From Escherichia phage p000y: 64,000 nucleotides of DNA. Location: the sequence record MK047718.1; one strand, given 5' to 3'. The stretch's first letter is position 1. Each line of letters opens with the position of its first letter. The notes beneath the pieces are model-generated. The model was given only the letters and a program-made list of their open reading frames with translations, did not search any database and was not told the DNA's origin. Both the position numbers and the translations under genes were made by a program. Positions 31,787-41,369 of the stretch are shown here, piece after piece.

Positions 31787-32367
31787 TGAAAGCTAGCACA
31801 TATCTTCAAATTGCTTATTTGATTTCTCAAGAATCAAAATGTTGTTCATGGAAAGTTGGTGCCGTCATTGAAAAAGATGGACGCATTATTTCTACAGGTT
31901 ATAATGGCTCTCCTTCAGGTGGTACAAACTGTTGCGAACATGCATCCGAAAACGGTTGGTTGAAGAATAAACCAAGCCCGGTCATCGTTGCTGGGCATAA
32001 AGAAGGCACTACAGCATTTGGACGGGTGGATAATTTTGTTTTGGCTAAAGAACATCGAGCGGCTCATAGTGCATGGTCTGCTAATAATGAAATCCATGCT
32101 GAATTGAATGCAATTTTGTTTGCAGCTCGTAAAGGTAATTCTATTGAAGGTGCTACGTTATATACGACGCTTTCTCCGTGTCCTGATTGCACTAAAGCTA
32201 TTACACAGTCAGGTATTAAAAAGGTTGTATACGCAGAATTATATGACAGATCTCCTGAAAATTGGGCAGACATTCTAAAACAAGCCGGTATTGAAGTAAT
32301 TCAGTACTCTCGTAATAATCTTCGTTCTCTGAATTGGGAACAAATCCGAAACTTTTGTGGTGAATAA
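31786..32367 (+). CDS. cd: dCMP deaminase
   Basis: 193 aa; zinc-binding HAELNAI ... PCPDC deaminase signature; size equals T4 Cd. Confidence 0.85.
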   Translation: MKASTYLQIAYLISQESKCCSWKVGAVIEKDGRIISTGYNGSPSGGTNCCEHASENGWLKNKPSPVIVAGHKEGTTAFGRVDNFVLAKEHRAAHSAWSANNEIHAELNAILFAARKGNSIEGATLYTTLSPCPDCTKAITQSGIKKVVYAELYDRSPENWADILKQAGIEVIQYSRNNLRSLNWEQIRNFCGE

Positions 32368-32368
32368 T

Positions 32369-32665
32369 ATGATTTTAACTGAACAAGAGACTATGGTTCT
32401 TCGTGAACGTATTAAAACTATTCTGTCTGTAGGCGTTCATTGTGTTGTATTTGAAAAGGCTAACGGTGAGGTACGCACTATGTTTGCTTCGCGCGATGAA
32501 CTTGAAGTCAAATATGAAAATAACAATCCGGCAACAGAAGTTCGTTCTGAACCTCGTGAATCAGTTCGAGCATTCGATACCAAGTTAGGTCAGTGGCGTT
32601 CTTTCCGCCTTGATAAAGTAATTTCGGTTGATGGTACTCCGGTAGAACGTTTGCTTCTTATGTAA
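32369..32665 (+). CDS. Hypothetical protein (98 aa)
   Basis: Trimmed to ATG (ORF track begins at an upstream GTG). Confidence 0.5.
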   Translation: MILTEQETMVLRERIKTILSVGVHCVVFEKANGEVRTMFASRDELEVKYENNNPATEVRSEPRESVRAFDTKLGQWRSFRLDKVISVDGTPVERLLLM

Positions 32666-32722
32666 TATGCTTTACGAATAGTATGGTATTATTAATCTAT
32701 CGTCAAACAACAAGGAAATAAG

Positions 32723-33055
32723 ATGTCTGAAGTACAACTCCCAATTCGTGCTGTTGGTGAATATGTCATTCTGGTTTCTGAACCCGCTCAAGCAGGTGAT
32801 GAAGAAGTTACCGAATCAGGACTTGTGATTGGTAAACGTGTTCAAGGTGAAGTTCCTGAACTATGTATAGTTCATTCTGTAGGTCCTGATGTTCCTGAAG
32901 GTTTTGTTGAAGTCGGTGATTTGACTCCACTACCAGTTGGACAAATTCGAAATGTTCCACATCCATTTGTGGCTTTAGGACTTAAACAACCTAAAGAAAT
33001 TAAACAGAAATTCGTAACATGCCACTATAAAGCTATTCCGTGTCTTTATAAGTGA
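32723..33055 (+). CDS. 31: gp31 co-chaperonin (GroES analogue)
   Basis: 110 aa; near-identical to remembered T4 gp31 ([29 protein letters not shown]...). Confidence 0.9.
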   Translation: MSEVQLPIRAVGEYVILVSEPAQAGDEEVTESGLVIGKRVQGEVPELCIVHSVGPDVPEGFVEVGDLTPLPVGQIRNVPHPFVALGLKQPKEIKQKFVTCHYKAIPCLYK

Positions 33056-33179
33056 TATAAATAACTATATGAAGAGAACACTCTTCTAAGCGGTAGCCTA
33101 CAACTGAGAGACTTGTCGAAAGAAGGTGAAATTCAGACGAACGTGGCTACTAAATATTATCTCGAATTGAGAATTTAAA

Positions 33180-33428
33180 ATGATTAAACAATTACAACAC
33201 GCTCTTGAACTGCAACGAAACGCATGGAATAACGGTCACGAAAACTACGGCGCGTCAATTGATGTTGAAGCCGAAGCACTGGAAATCCTGCATTATTTCA
33301 AACATCTGAACCCGGTACAGGCAGCTTTGGCCTCTGAACTGGAAGCAAAAGATGAACTGAAATATGCTAAGCCTTTGGCTTCTGCAGCTCGTAAAGCAGT
33401 ACGTCATTTTGTTATTACCCTTAAATAA
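33180..33428 (+). CDS. rIII: rIII lysis inhibition accessory protein
   Basis: 82 aa; closely matches remembered T4 rIII. Confidence 0.8.
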   Translation: MIKQLQHALELQRNAWNNGHENYGASIDVEAEALEILHYFKHLNPVQAALASELEAKDELKYAKPLASAARKAVRHFVITLK

Positions 33429-33723
33429 GTTTTAGGTGATTCGCTACCTTAAGTGCGGCTAGAAAATCGAGGAGCCGTCGAACTGTCTGATTAATGATTT
33501 GCGAATCATTATAGTTTTAAGGCCCCGGCAGTTTTACGGTGTACCTCTTGAATGTATTTTGTACTATCACGCGTCAGAAAAAGGTTATCTGTCTAAGTCG
33601 TGGTTGGTATGATGACGGGTTTATGGTTATCCTGTCGTTAAATATCCAAAACCTATGTTCCCCTTGAGGGCTTGCGCAGGCAATGTCAATAAGTCCTGCA
33701 TTTTCATTTAAAGAGAATTTATA

Positions 33724-33903
33724 ATGGCAAAACAAGCTAAAGCAAAGAAAGCAGTTGAAAAGAAAGTTGATGGTACCTCTAAACGCGCTGGATACAAGCG
33801 TGGGTCGAACTCTCGTATTAATCAAACAGTTGAGAAGATCATGCGCAGAGCACGTGCAGTTCTTCGAGATGATGCTTCTCGTTTTGGAAAGGTTGTTGCA
33901 TAA
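33724..33903 (+). CDS. Small lysine/arginine-rich protein (59 aa)
   Basis: Hand-translated MAKQAKAKKAVEKKVDGTSKRAGYKRG...; immediately followed by a strong terminator; weak RBS; below ORF-track cutoff. Confidence 0.35.
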   Translation: MAKQAKAKKAVEKKVDGTSKRAGYKRGSNSRINQTVEKIMRRARAVLRDDASRFGKVVA

Positions 33904-33908
33904 TTTTA

Positions 33909-33930
33909 GGGAGACTTCGGTCTCCCTTTT
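33909..33930 (+). terminator. Terminator GGGAGACTTCGGTCTCCC + TTTT
   Basis: Perfect hairpin and T-run. Confidence 0.65.
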
Positions 33931-33963
33931 GTGCGTTTAGGGCAGAAAAAGTTTAAAAAAGAT

Positions 33964-33994
33964 GTTTACTCTCCTGTAGGATGTGTTACTATAG
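33964..33994 (+). promoter_or_regulatory. Early promoter (GTTTAC ... TGTGTTACTAT)
   Basis: Upstream of ORF 34035. Confidence 0.5.
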
Positions 33995-34034
33995 ACTTGT
34001 ACCACCTAATCAATAAAACAAACCGGAGAACAAA

Positions 34035-34403
34035 ATGAAAATCAATCTGAACTCATACATCAAATGTAAAGACCACGATGGTTATAAAGCTATCGAAATT
34101 AAAGAATTCCAGTGGATGTTATACAAAGAGCAATTTGAGTTCGTAGGTTGTATGACCCCTGAAGGTCCTTCAGATGATTTCTCTTGGAAAATTGTGTTAG
34201 CAAACTTTTTCACAGGTGACACATACGAATTAAAAACTATTATTACCGGTAAAATTCGTTCAGAAACATATGTTGACGAAGAAACTGGTTACTCTGAAGT
34301 TGTTACATGGTATCAAAATGGACGCATTACAGCAGATAACCTGATCGAAAAAATGAAAGCCAAAGGTGTTTTAAATTTAGACAATTGGATTAAAGTTGCA
34401 TAA
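34035..34403 (+). CDS. Hypothetical protein (122 aa)
   Basis: ORF with own early promoter. Confidence 0.6.
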   Translation: MKINLNSYIKCKDHDGYKAIEIKEFQWMLYKEQFEFVGCMTPEGPSDDFSWKIVLANFFTGDTYELKTIITGKIRSETYVDEETGYSEVVTWYQNGRITADNLIEKMKAKGVLNLDNWIKVA

Positions 34404-34407
34404 AACA

Positions 34408-34438
34408 GTTTACTTTGGTACAGGTTATGTTATTATAG
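34408..34438 (+). promoter_or_regulatory. Early promoter with stem-loop (GGTACAGGT ... ACCTGTACC around TATTAT)
   Basis: 9-bp inverted repeat enclosing the -10. Confidence 0.55.
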
Positions 34439-34477
34439 ACCTGTACCAACAAACAACTTAAACATCTGGAGAATAAA

Positions 34478-34843
34478 ATGAACTACATCAACTTCGAACG
34501 TAAATATGTTTCTAACGGTATCGCTGGTTCTTCTGAAGTTATTTGCCTGTGGAAACACGAAAACGGTTCAGTATGTGAAATTGAGCAGTATATGACTCCT
34601 AATTACGTTTATATGCGATTTGAAAATGGCATCACGGTTTCAATCACGATGGAAGGTTCAAATTTTAAAATTGCATTAGATGATGATTTCCGTCAGCGTG
34701 ATTTAGGTACTCATCCTTGCTGGAATGGTGTTAATCGTAAACTTCTGGTTAAAACTTGGATTCGTCATATCCTGAGTAACCGAGCTAAACCTGAACATCT
34801 CGAAGCAATCTTTGATGTAGTTCTTAACGAATTTGATATCTAA
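34478..34843 (+). CDS. Hypothetical protein (121 aa)
   Basis: ORF with own early promoter and downstream hairpin GGGAGCCGAAGCTCCC. Confidence 0.6.
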   Translation: MNYINFERKYVSNGIAGSSEVICLWKHENGSVCEIEQYMTPNYVYMRFENGITVSITMEGSNFKIALDDDFRQRDLGTHPCWNGVNRKLLVKTWIRHILSNRAKPEHLEAIFDVVLNEFDI

Positions 34844-34879
34844 ATTAATTGGGAGCCGAAGCTCCCTATTGAGGAAATT

Positions 34880-35494
34880 ATGTTTAAAGTTAATACTTTT
34901 TATAAAATGAATTTTAAAAACGGGGATATTACTCCACGCCTTAAAAACATGTTCTCATATGACCTTATCGAGCCTTTTGAAGTTTTAGAAGTTACTGATG
35001 CTGGCTCGGTTTGTGAAATTAGAACTTCTGAAGGTAAAATTTATCAGGCAGGTGTTGGTAAATTCAGTAATTGTTTTACTTTAATATTCTCGACTGATTT
35101 AGATGAGCATTTTATTGAATGTCCTAACCATAAGGTCTACGAAGTTCCATGGAAAGAAACTAAGAAAAATGGACCGCATGAATACACGAAGGTTGAAACT
35201 CCTCACGGCGATATGTGGCGGCATAACTCTCCTTTCGGAAGTAAAGGAACATTTGCTCAACTGCCTAAACCTTATGACGATGAAAAATACATCGTCGCCT
35301 TTTTATCTGAACAGGGTACTCAAGACCGTGGATGTCAACGAAGTGGTTTACTAAGTGAACTTGAAGCTCATAACCAAGCACGTGAATTCGTTGAGAAAAA
35401 TCCTGGCTCTGAAGCTCTAGTCATGAAAGCAATTACTCAATATATCACTGCTCAACCTGTTGTTCATCCGGTAGAAATTAATTTCATTAAGTAG
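34880..35494 (+). CDS. Hypothetical protein (204 aa)
   Basis: ORF with RBS GAGGAAA. Confidence 0.6.
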   Translation: MFKVNTFYKMNFKNGDITPRLKNMFSYDLIEPFEVLEVTDAGSVCEIRTSEGKIYQAGVGKFSNCFTLIFSTDLDEHFIECPNHKVYEVPWKETKKNGPHEYTKVETPHGDMWRHNSPFGSKGTFAQLPKPYDDEKYIVAFLSEQGTQDRGCQRSGLLSELEAHNQAREFVEKNPGSEALVMKAITQYITAQPVVHPVEINFIK

Positions 35495-35526
35495 TTTACA
35501 TCCAAGGACGGATTAGAGTATAATGA
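35494..35526 (+). promoter_or_regulatory. Early promoter (GTTTACA ... TATAAT)
   Basis: Upstream of the 35549-38980 operon. Confidence 0.5.
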
Positions 35527-35548
35527 TTTCTTTAGTAAGTGGAAAAAT

Positions 35549-35746
35549 ATGAAATTTTTAATAGCACAAACAGTCCAATTAAAAGGTGTTGGAATTCCTG
35601 GGGTGATTTTTAAAGTTCTCCCTGAATTTAAAACCGGCGCTGGAATTATCAATGAAGCGTATGCTGTTCAATGGGTTGATTGGACTTCTGACATACGTAT
35701 GGGTAAAGAGTTATCTCCTATTAAAGGGTTGAAACATGTTGAATAA
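35549..35746 (+). CDS. Hypothetical protein (65 aa)
   Basis: ORF. Confidence 0.45.
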   Translation: MKFLIAQTVQLKGVGIPGVIFKVLPEFKTGAGIINEAYAVQWVDWTSDIRMGKELSPIKGLKHVE

Positions 35747-35948
35747 ATTAATCCAGAAATTGTTAGGTACAGAAATGGTTGAAGTTACGTATCGTGTGAC
35801 TGATGTAAGCCCATGGACCCGAAAAGTTGAACCATATACTAAAACAATTAAAATGCTGAAATATGACAGTGGATTATCTATCAAAGACCGTCTACCGGCT
35901 TATGGTCATTGGGCTGATGTTGAAATTATAAGTGTTAAAGATGTCTGA
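35736..35948 (+). CDS. Hypothetical protein (70 aa)
   Basis: ORF. Confidence 0.45.
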   Translation: MLNKLIQKLLGTEMVEVTYRVTDVSPWTRKVEPYTKTIKMLKYDSGLSIKDRLPAYGHWADVEIISVKDV

Positions 35949-36399
35949 GTTAGAGATAAGAAGTAATTTCAAGTGGCCGTCATGTGCATTAAGTAATTTT
36001 GCTCAATGGCCTTTTGTTATGGATGGTATTCAATTCGGAGGTCTTGAAGGATTTCTCCAAGGATGTAAGGTGAAAAATGTTGAACAACAAAGACGTATAT
36101 TTGGGTTGTCTGGATTGGCTGCACAGCAAGCTGGAAGGTCTTATGCAAGAGCTCAGGACCGTGGGACTCTCTTCTGGTTAGGAGTTCCGTTTTCAAGATA
36201 CTCCGAAGCGTGGAAAGAATTATACACAAATGCATATTTTGAAGCCGCGATCCAAAATAAGGGGTTTCGTGATGCCTTACAAGCCTCTAAAGGAAAAATT
36301 TTGAAGCACAGCATGGCTAGCCACCTAACAAAAGATGATACAATACTAACCGAAGCTGAATTTATTGATGTGTTAAACCTATTAAGAGACTCTTTATGA
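35932..36399 (+). CDS. NADAR / YbiA (DUF1768)-like protein, putative ADP-ribose-processing N-glycosidase
   Basis: 155 aa; LSNFAQWPFVMDG resembles the E. coli YbiA FSNFAAWPIKVDG signature, followed by E...FLQGCK region; the true start may be the ATG at 35941. Confidence 0.5.
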   Translation: MLKMSELEIRSNFKWPSCALSNFAQWPFVMDGIQFGGLEGFLQGCKVKNVEQQRRIFGLSGLAAQQAGRSYARAQDRGTLFWLGVPFSRYSEAWKELYTNAYFEAAIQNKGFRDALQASKGKILKHSMASHLTKDDTILTEAEFIDVLNLLRDSL

Positions 36400-37211
36400 A
36401 GCCTACTATTTTGACTGATATTGATGGTGTATGTTTAAGCTGGCAATCTGGACTTCCTTATTTTGCCCAAAAATATAACCTTCCATTAGAACATATTTTA
36501 AAAATGATTCAGGACGAAAAATTTATTTCTCCTGGTAAACTGTTCAATACCGACGATAACCTTGGTAAACAATTAATAGAAAAATATAATAGCTCTGATT
36601 TTATTCGTTACTTAGCGCCTTATTCTGATGCTCTTCGAGTTATCAATAAACTAAAAGAAGACTATAATTTTGTAGCCGTGACGGCGCTAGGTGATTCAAT
36701 TGATGCTCGATTGAATAGACAATTTAATTTGAATGCTTTGTTCCCAGGCGCTTTCTCTGAAGTAATGATGTGTGGTCATGATTCTTCAAAGGAACAATTA
36801 TTCGAACTAGCTAAAACAAAATATAACGTAATTTGTTACGTTGACGATTTAGCTCATCATTGCGACCATGCGGCAGAAATTCTTAATGTACCGATTTATT
36901 GGTTGGCTCGTGGTGAACGTGATGATATTCCTCGCACTGCACAACGTGTACACACGTGGGATGATATTGAATCTCGTTTGGTTCCACCTGAGCATAATTC
37001 AGATTCAGATCGTGAAGACCTTTTAAAACGATTGGCGGATTTGCTTAAAGAATCAGGTGCAACAAGCCCAGGTGCATGGCCTAATCAAATTGGCGCTCCG
37101 TCGAATCCGTATACTTGGCGAACTCCAGGACCAACCGATATGCAGCCATGGTGGACGATTCAAAACTTTCCTTTAGATTCGTCCAAATGGACTTGGTCTA
37201 TAAATTGTTAA
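36396..37211 (+). CDS. HAD-superfamily hydrolase, putative (deoxy)nucleotidase
   Basis: 271 aa; HAD motif I ILTDIDGV near N-terminus, motif IV YVDD; Pro/Trp-rich C-terminal tail. Confidence 0.55.
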   Translation: MKPTILTDIDGVCLSWQSGLPYFAQKYNLPLEHILKMIQDEKFISPGKLFNTDDNLGKQLIEKYNSSDFIRYLAPYSDALRVINKLKEDYNFVAVTALGDSIDARLNRQFNLNALFPGAFSEVMMCGHDSSKEQLFELAKTKYNVICYVDDLAHHCDHAAEILNVPIYWLARGERDDIPRTAQRVHTWDDIESRLVPPEHNSDSDREDLLKRLADLLKESGATSPGAWPNQIGAPSNPYTWRTPGPTDMQPWWTIQNFPLDSSKWTWSINC

Positions 37212-37220
37212 GGGCTAATT

Positions 37221-37490
37221 ATGTTTGTAGTTCATGATATTACAGATGGCAAAAACACCACACGTGACTACGGTCATGTTAACATGTTCTTTCGAGACTG
37301 GCCGGTGTTTCGTTCAGTAAAAGACGCAGAAATATTTAAAGAGTGTGTTGAACAAGGGTTCATCTACATTTCAGAATATTATGTTGAAGGACTCGGTAAA
37401 TGGATTACCACTTATCAGAAAACGCTGAAATCGCTTCTAGATGAAGTGGCTTATAATAGAACCGTAACCAAAATCGAGGACATCAAATGA
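37221..37490 (+). CDS. Hypothetical protein (89 aa)
   Basis: ORF. Confidence 0.5.
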   Translation: MFVVHDITDGKNTTRDYGHVNMFFRDWPVFRSVKDAEIFKECVEQGFIYISEYYVEGLGKWITTYQKTLKSLLDEVAYNRTVTKIEDIK

Positions 37491-38980
37491 TTTTAGATAT
37501 TTTAAACCAAATAGCTGCGATCGGTTCTACTAAAACAAAACAAGAAATCCTTAAGAAAAATAAGGACAACAAATTACTTGAACGTGTGTATCGTTTAACA
37601 TATGCACGTGGTATCCAGTATTATATTAAGAAATGGCCAGGACCAGGTGAAAGGTCTCAAGCGTATGGTCTTCTTGAATTAGATGACATGTTGGATTTTA
37701 TTGAGTTCACATTAGCCACTCGTAAACTCACTGGTAATGCTGCAATTAAAGAGCTCATGGGTTATATCGCTGACGGTAAACCTGATGATGTAGAAGTCCT
37801 TCGTCGTGTAATGATGCGAGACCTTGAAGTAGGTGCTTCAGTGTCTATCGCGAATAAGGTGTGGCCTGGACTTATTCAATTGCAGCCACAGATGTTAGCA
37901 TCTGCATATGATGAGAAATTGATTACTAAAAATATTAAATGGCCTGCATTTGCCCAATTAAAGGCAGATGGTGCTCGTTGTTTCGCTGAAGTTCGCGATG
38001 ATGGCGTTCAATTCTTTTCTCGTGCCGGTAACGAATACCATGGTCTTACTCTATTAGCAGATGAACTAATGGAAATGACTAAAGAAGCTCGTGAAAGACA
38101 CCCTAATGGGGTTTTAATCGACGGTGAATTAGTTTATCATTCATTTGATATTAAAAAGGCTGTGAGCTCAGGAAATGACCTGTCGTTCTTATTTGGCGAT
38201 AATGAAGAATCCGAAGAAGTACAAGTTGCAGACCGTAGCACTTCAAATGGTTTAGCAAATAAATCTCTTCAAGGGACTATTTCTCCTAAAGAAGCTGAAG
38301 GTATGGTTCTTCAAGCCTGGGACTATGTTCCTTTAGATGAAGTCTATTCTGACGGCAAAATTAAAGGTCAGAAATACGATGTTCGTTTTGCTGCTCTTGA
38401 AAATATGGCTGAAGGCTTTAAACGAATTGAGCCAATTGAAAATCAGTTAGTTCATAATCTTGATGAAGCTAAAGTGGTTTATAAAAAATATGTTGACCAA
38501 GGTCTTGAAGGTATTATCCTTAAAAATCGTGATTCATATTGGGAAAACAAACGCTCTAAGAACCTAATTAAATTTAAAGAAGTTATTGATATCGCTTTAG
38601 AAGTTGTAGGATACTATGAACACTCTAAAGACCCTAACAAATTAGGTGGTGTCGAACTCGTATCACGTTGTCGTCGTATTACAACCGATTGTGGTTCGGG
38701 TTTTAAAGATACAACTCATAAAACAGTTGATGATGTAAAGGTTCTTATTCCTTTAGATGAGCGTCATGATTTAGACCGTGAACGATTAATGGCTGAAGCT
38801 CGTGAAGGTAAATTAATTGGACGTATCGCTGATTGTGAATGTAATGGTTGGGTTCATTCTAAAGGCCGTGAAGGTACTGTAGGTATTTTCCTTCCAATTA
38901 TTAAAGGGTTCCGTTTTGATAAAACAGAAGCGGATTCATTTGAAGACGTATTTGGACCGTGGTCCCAGACAGGTTTATAA
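37487..38980 (+). CDS. 30: ATP-dependent DNA ligase
   Basis: 497 aa; adenylation motif KADGAR present; matches remembered T4 ligase. Confidence 0.9.
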   Translation: MILDILNQIAAIGSTKTKQEILKKNKDNKLLERVYRLTYARGIQYYIKKWPGPGERSQAYGLLELDDMLDFIEFTLATRKLTGNAAIKELMGYIADGKPDDVEVLRRVMMRDLEVGASVSIANKVWPGLIQLQPQMLASAYDEKLITKNIKWPAFAQLKADGARCFAEVRDDGVQFFSRAGNEYHGLTLLADELMEMTKEARERHPNGVLIDGELVYHSFDIKKAVSSGNDLSFLFGDNEESEEVQVADRSTSNGLANKSLQGTISPKEAEGMVLQAWDYVPLDEVYSDGKIKGQKYDVRFAALENMAEGFKRIEPIENQLVHNLDEAKVVYKKYVDQGLEGIILKNRDSYWENKRSKNLIKFKEVIDIALEVVGYYEHSKDPNKLGGVELVSRCRRITTDCGSGFKDTTHKTVDDVKVLIPLDERHDLDRERLMAEAREGKLIGRIADCECNGWVHSKGREGTVGIFLPIIKGFRFDKTEADSFEDVFGPWSQTGL

Positions 38981-39168
38981 TGAAAGCTTATTTAGAAACA
39001 GTTATTGTAGCTAAGAAGGATGGTGGAGATGTTTCCACCTCTTGCTCTCAGATTATATTAGATTTTCCTAATAACGATTCCTATCATATTTTTATGGACA
39101 ATTTTGATAAGTACGAAAAAGGCCCTAATTTTGAAGTTTATCGTACTTTGCTCCCGATTGTGGATTAA
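38980..39168 (+). CDS. Hypothetical protein (62 aa)
   Basis: Trimmed to ATG overlapping ligase stop (TAATG). Confidence 0.4.
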   Translation: MKAYLETVIVAKKDGGDVSTSCSQIILDFPNNDSYHIFMDNFDKYEKGPNFEVYRTLLPIVD

Positions 39169-39187
39169 GAGCCTTCGGGCTCTTTTT
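39168..39187 (+). terminator. Terminator AGAGCCTTCGGGCTCT + TTTTT
   Basis: Hairpin and T-run. Confidence 0.6.
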
Positions 39188-39223
39188 GGCATAAATATAA
39201 ATTATTACTAAAAGGAAAACACT

Positions 39224-41311
39224 ATGTCTGAACAATTAAATGAAGTGTTTGAATCTGAAGGCAGTCTTCCTGTCGTCAATTTGAACCCTAAAGCTAAAGT
39301 TCCACAAGTCTGGAAAATTGGTGATATCGATACAAATATTGTAGTTCGTTTATTCTCTTACCTTTCCGAAGGCGACGCTGTAAAACAAGTTAAACTTGGC
39401 GACAAATACGCTCATGTTGTTATTATGAGTCTGTCTGAAAAGGGTAATCTCGCTGAATTGAAAAATGGTCTTGGTCCTGCTCCTATTGATGCAATCAACA
39501 CCATTTTCAATACAGTGTATGAACAGGTTAAAGCTCTTCGTATGGATGCAGTTTTGTTCCGATTCCCTACTAAGAAATTGAAAGGACGTGGACAACAACT
39601 TCAAACTCTTCTTGCTCGTTTAGTTTCTACTAAAACTGGTGGTCGTTTTAAAGTATTGTCTGCAATGTATCAATTCACAGGTAAACACACATATGTGATG
39701 ATGGTTCGTAAAAATGCCAACATTGAAGATATTAAAGGCATCCCTAACATTAACACAGAGTTGTACACGAAAGTAGATTCTGATGTTGGTGAAGTTTATG
39801 TGAGTAAAAAGACTGGCGAAAAGGTCACCAAAGAAACGGCTATCGCTGGTTCTATTGCTGCTGTAGAAGAAAAACGTAAAGATAAGCCTGTTATTGCTCG
39901 TACTAAAATTTCTCGTCGCGCCATTGCAGCAAGTCAATCTTTAGAAGCTGACCGCCAAGAAGGTGAGCTATTCCAGAAATACGAAAATTCTGCTAAAGAA
40001 GTTAGTGGCCCAGCTACAGCTGAATTACTTCCTGAAGCATATGAAATCGTACTAGCCCAAGCATCGTCCACAGCAAAAGGCACTTTAGTTGCTGATATCG
40101 AAAATAAGATTTATAATCGTATTGATGAATCCTTTAGATTTGCTGATGAAGTTTCTTATGGCAGTGTTATTAAGCCAACTTTAGAAAAGTTTGCTAAGAA
40201 AATTAAAACTGAAAAAACAACATCTGTTAAAGCATTAGCTGCTTTTGTTGAAGCTGCAAATGAAATTGCAGACTCTATTAAAGACGAATGGTTTGAAGAT
40301 TTTAGACGAGATAATTTCCAACTGGCTGACGACGTTTTAGCTGAAGTATCTGAAAAAACTTGGAAACAACGTAAATCAGCGTTCTTGTCTAATGTGATGT
40401 ATACTTATGCACGAGAATCGGCTAGAGGCACCTTTAATATAACAATGAATCGGGACCCTAAACAATACTCTGTTGCTGAAAAACGAGCTATTCGTGAATA
40501 TGCCTCTTCTGCGTATACCGATATCAATAATATGTTGTTAGGCCGTTATAAACCGGATTTTTATGATGTTGCAGATGAAGATGAAGTTAAACGCGCTATT
40601 GATGGTCTTGATTCGGCGTTTTTAAATGGAGACCGTTTACCTGAAGGACTAACGTTGTATAGAGCCCAGTCTATCAGAATGCCTATTTATGAAGCAATGG
40701 TTAAAAATAAGGTATTCTACTTCAGAAACTATGTTTCCACTTCACTAGCTCCTATTATTTTCGGTGGGTTTAAAGAGAACGTTGCCCTTGGACTTGCTCC
40801 TGAAGAAGTTCGCAAAGAGCTTAACATTGACAATAATGACGAAGGTGTTACTATTTCTCCTAGTCAAGTAAGAACAGCTATGCATGCACCAGAACAAATC
40901 CGTGTTAACGTTGGATGGGCTATTGATGGCGCTCATAAAGTTAACGTGATTTATCCAGGACAGTTGAGTAATCACCCTAATGAGCAAGAAATTATTTTGC
41001 CTAGAGGCATTCTCTTGCAGATAAATAAAATTACAGATGCGTCATCTGACACTGGTGCAGGTTTAGAATCCAACCTTAAATTTATTCAAGCTGAAGTCAT
41101 GTCCTCAGACCAGTTGGACGAAGCTGTCATTTACGATGGTGATGTTCTCATGGAAACAGGCGAGGTGGTTGCTATGACGGGTGAAATCGAATCGGATGAG
41201 CCGGTATCGTTCTCCTCATTTGTAGAAAAAACTAGTGCTCCTAAAGGATTGAAACTGTTAGCATCTTTAATGGATTTGGAATCGGTTCCGTTTAAATTTG
41301 TTCAAGGATAG
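39224..41311 (+). CDS. alt: Alt-like ADP-ribosyltransferase
   Basis: 695 aa; C-terminal ART signature (R ... STS ... EQEIILP); size and position next to ligase as in T4. Confidence 0.8.
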   Translation: MSEQLNEVFESEGSLPVVNLNPKAKVPQVWKIGDIDTNIVVRLFSYLSEGDAVKQVKLGDKYAHVVIMSLSEKGNLAELKNGLGPAPIDAINTIFNTVYEQVKALRMDAVLFRFPTKKLKGRGQQLQTLLARLVSTKTGGRFKVLSAMYQFTGKHTYVMMVRKNANIEDIKGIPNINTELYTKVDSDVGEVYVSKKTGEKVTKETAIAGSIAAVEEKRKDKPVIARTKISRRAIAASQSLEADRQEGELFQKYENSAKEVSGPATAELLPEAYEIVLAQASSTAKGTLVADIENKIYNRIDESFRFADEVSYGSVIKPTLEKFAKKIKTEKTTSVKALAAFVEAANEIADSIKDEWFEDFRRDNFQLADDVLAEVSEKTWKQRKSAFLSNVMYTYARESARGTFNITMNRDPKQYSVAEKRAIREYASSAYTDINNMLLGRYKPDFYDVADEDEVKRAIDGLDSAFLNGDRLPEGLTLYRAQSIRMPIYEAMVKNKVFYFRNYVSTSLAPIIFGGFKENVALGLAPEEVRKELNIDNNDEGVTISPSQVRTAMHAPEQIRVNVGWAIDGAHKVNVIYPGQLSNHPNEQEIILPRGILLQINKITDASSDTGAGLESNLKFIQAEVMSSDQLDEAVIYDGDVLMETGEVVAMTGEIESDEPVSFSSFVEKTSAPKGLKLLASLMDLESVPFKFVQG

Positions 41312-41342
41312 TTTACAAGCACATGGATGTGTGATACTATCA
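41311..41342 (+). promoter_or_regulatory. Early promoter (GTTTACA ... TGTGATACTAT) with stem GGATG/CATCC
   Basis: Upstream of ORF 41370. Confidence 0.5.
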
Positions 41343-41369
41343 TCCTATCAACAACATGAGGAAAACGTT

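Noticed and set aside
33574-33825. 83-aa minus-strand ORF across the ORF-free region after rIII
   Set aside because: Opposite to the direction of all neighbouring early transcription, overlaps the plus-strand small basic ORF, low-complexity translation.
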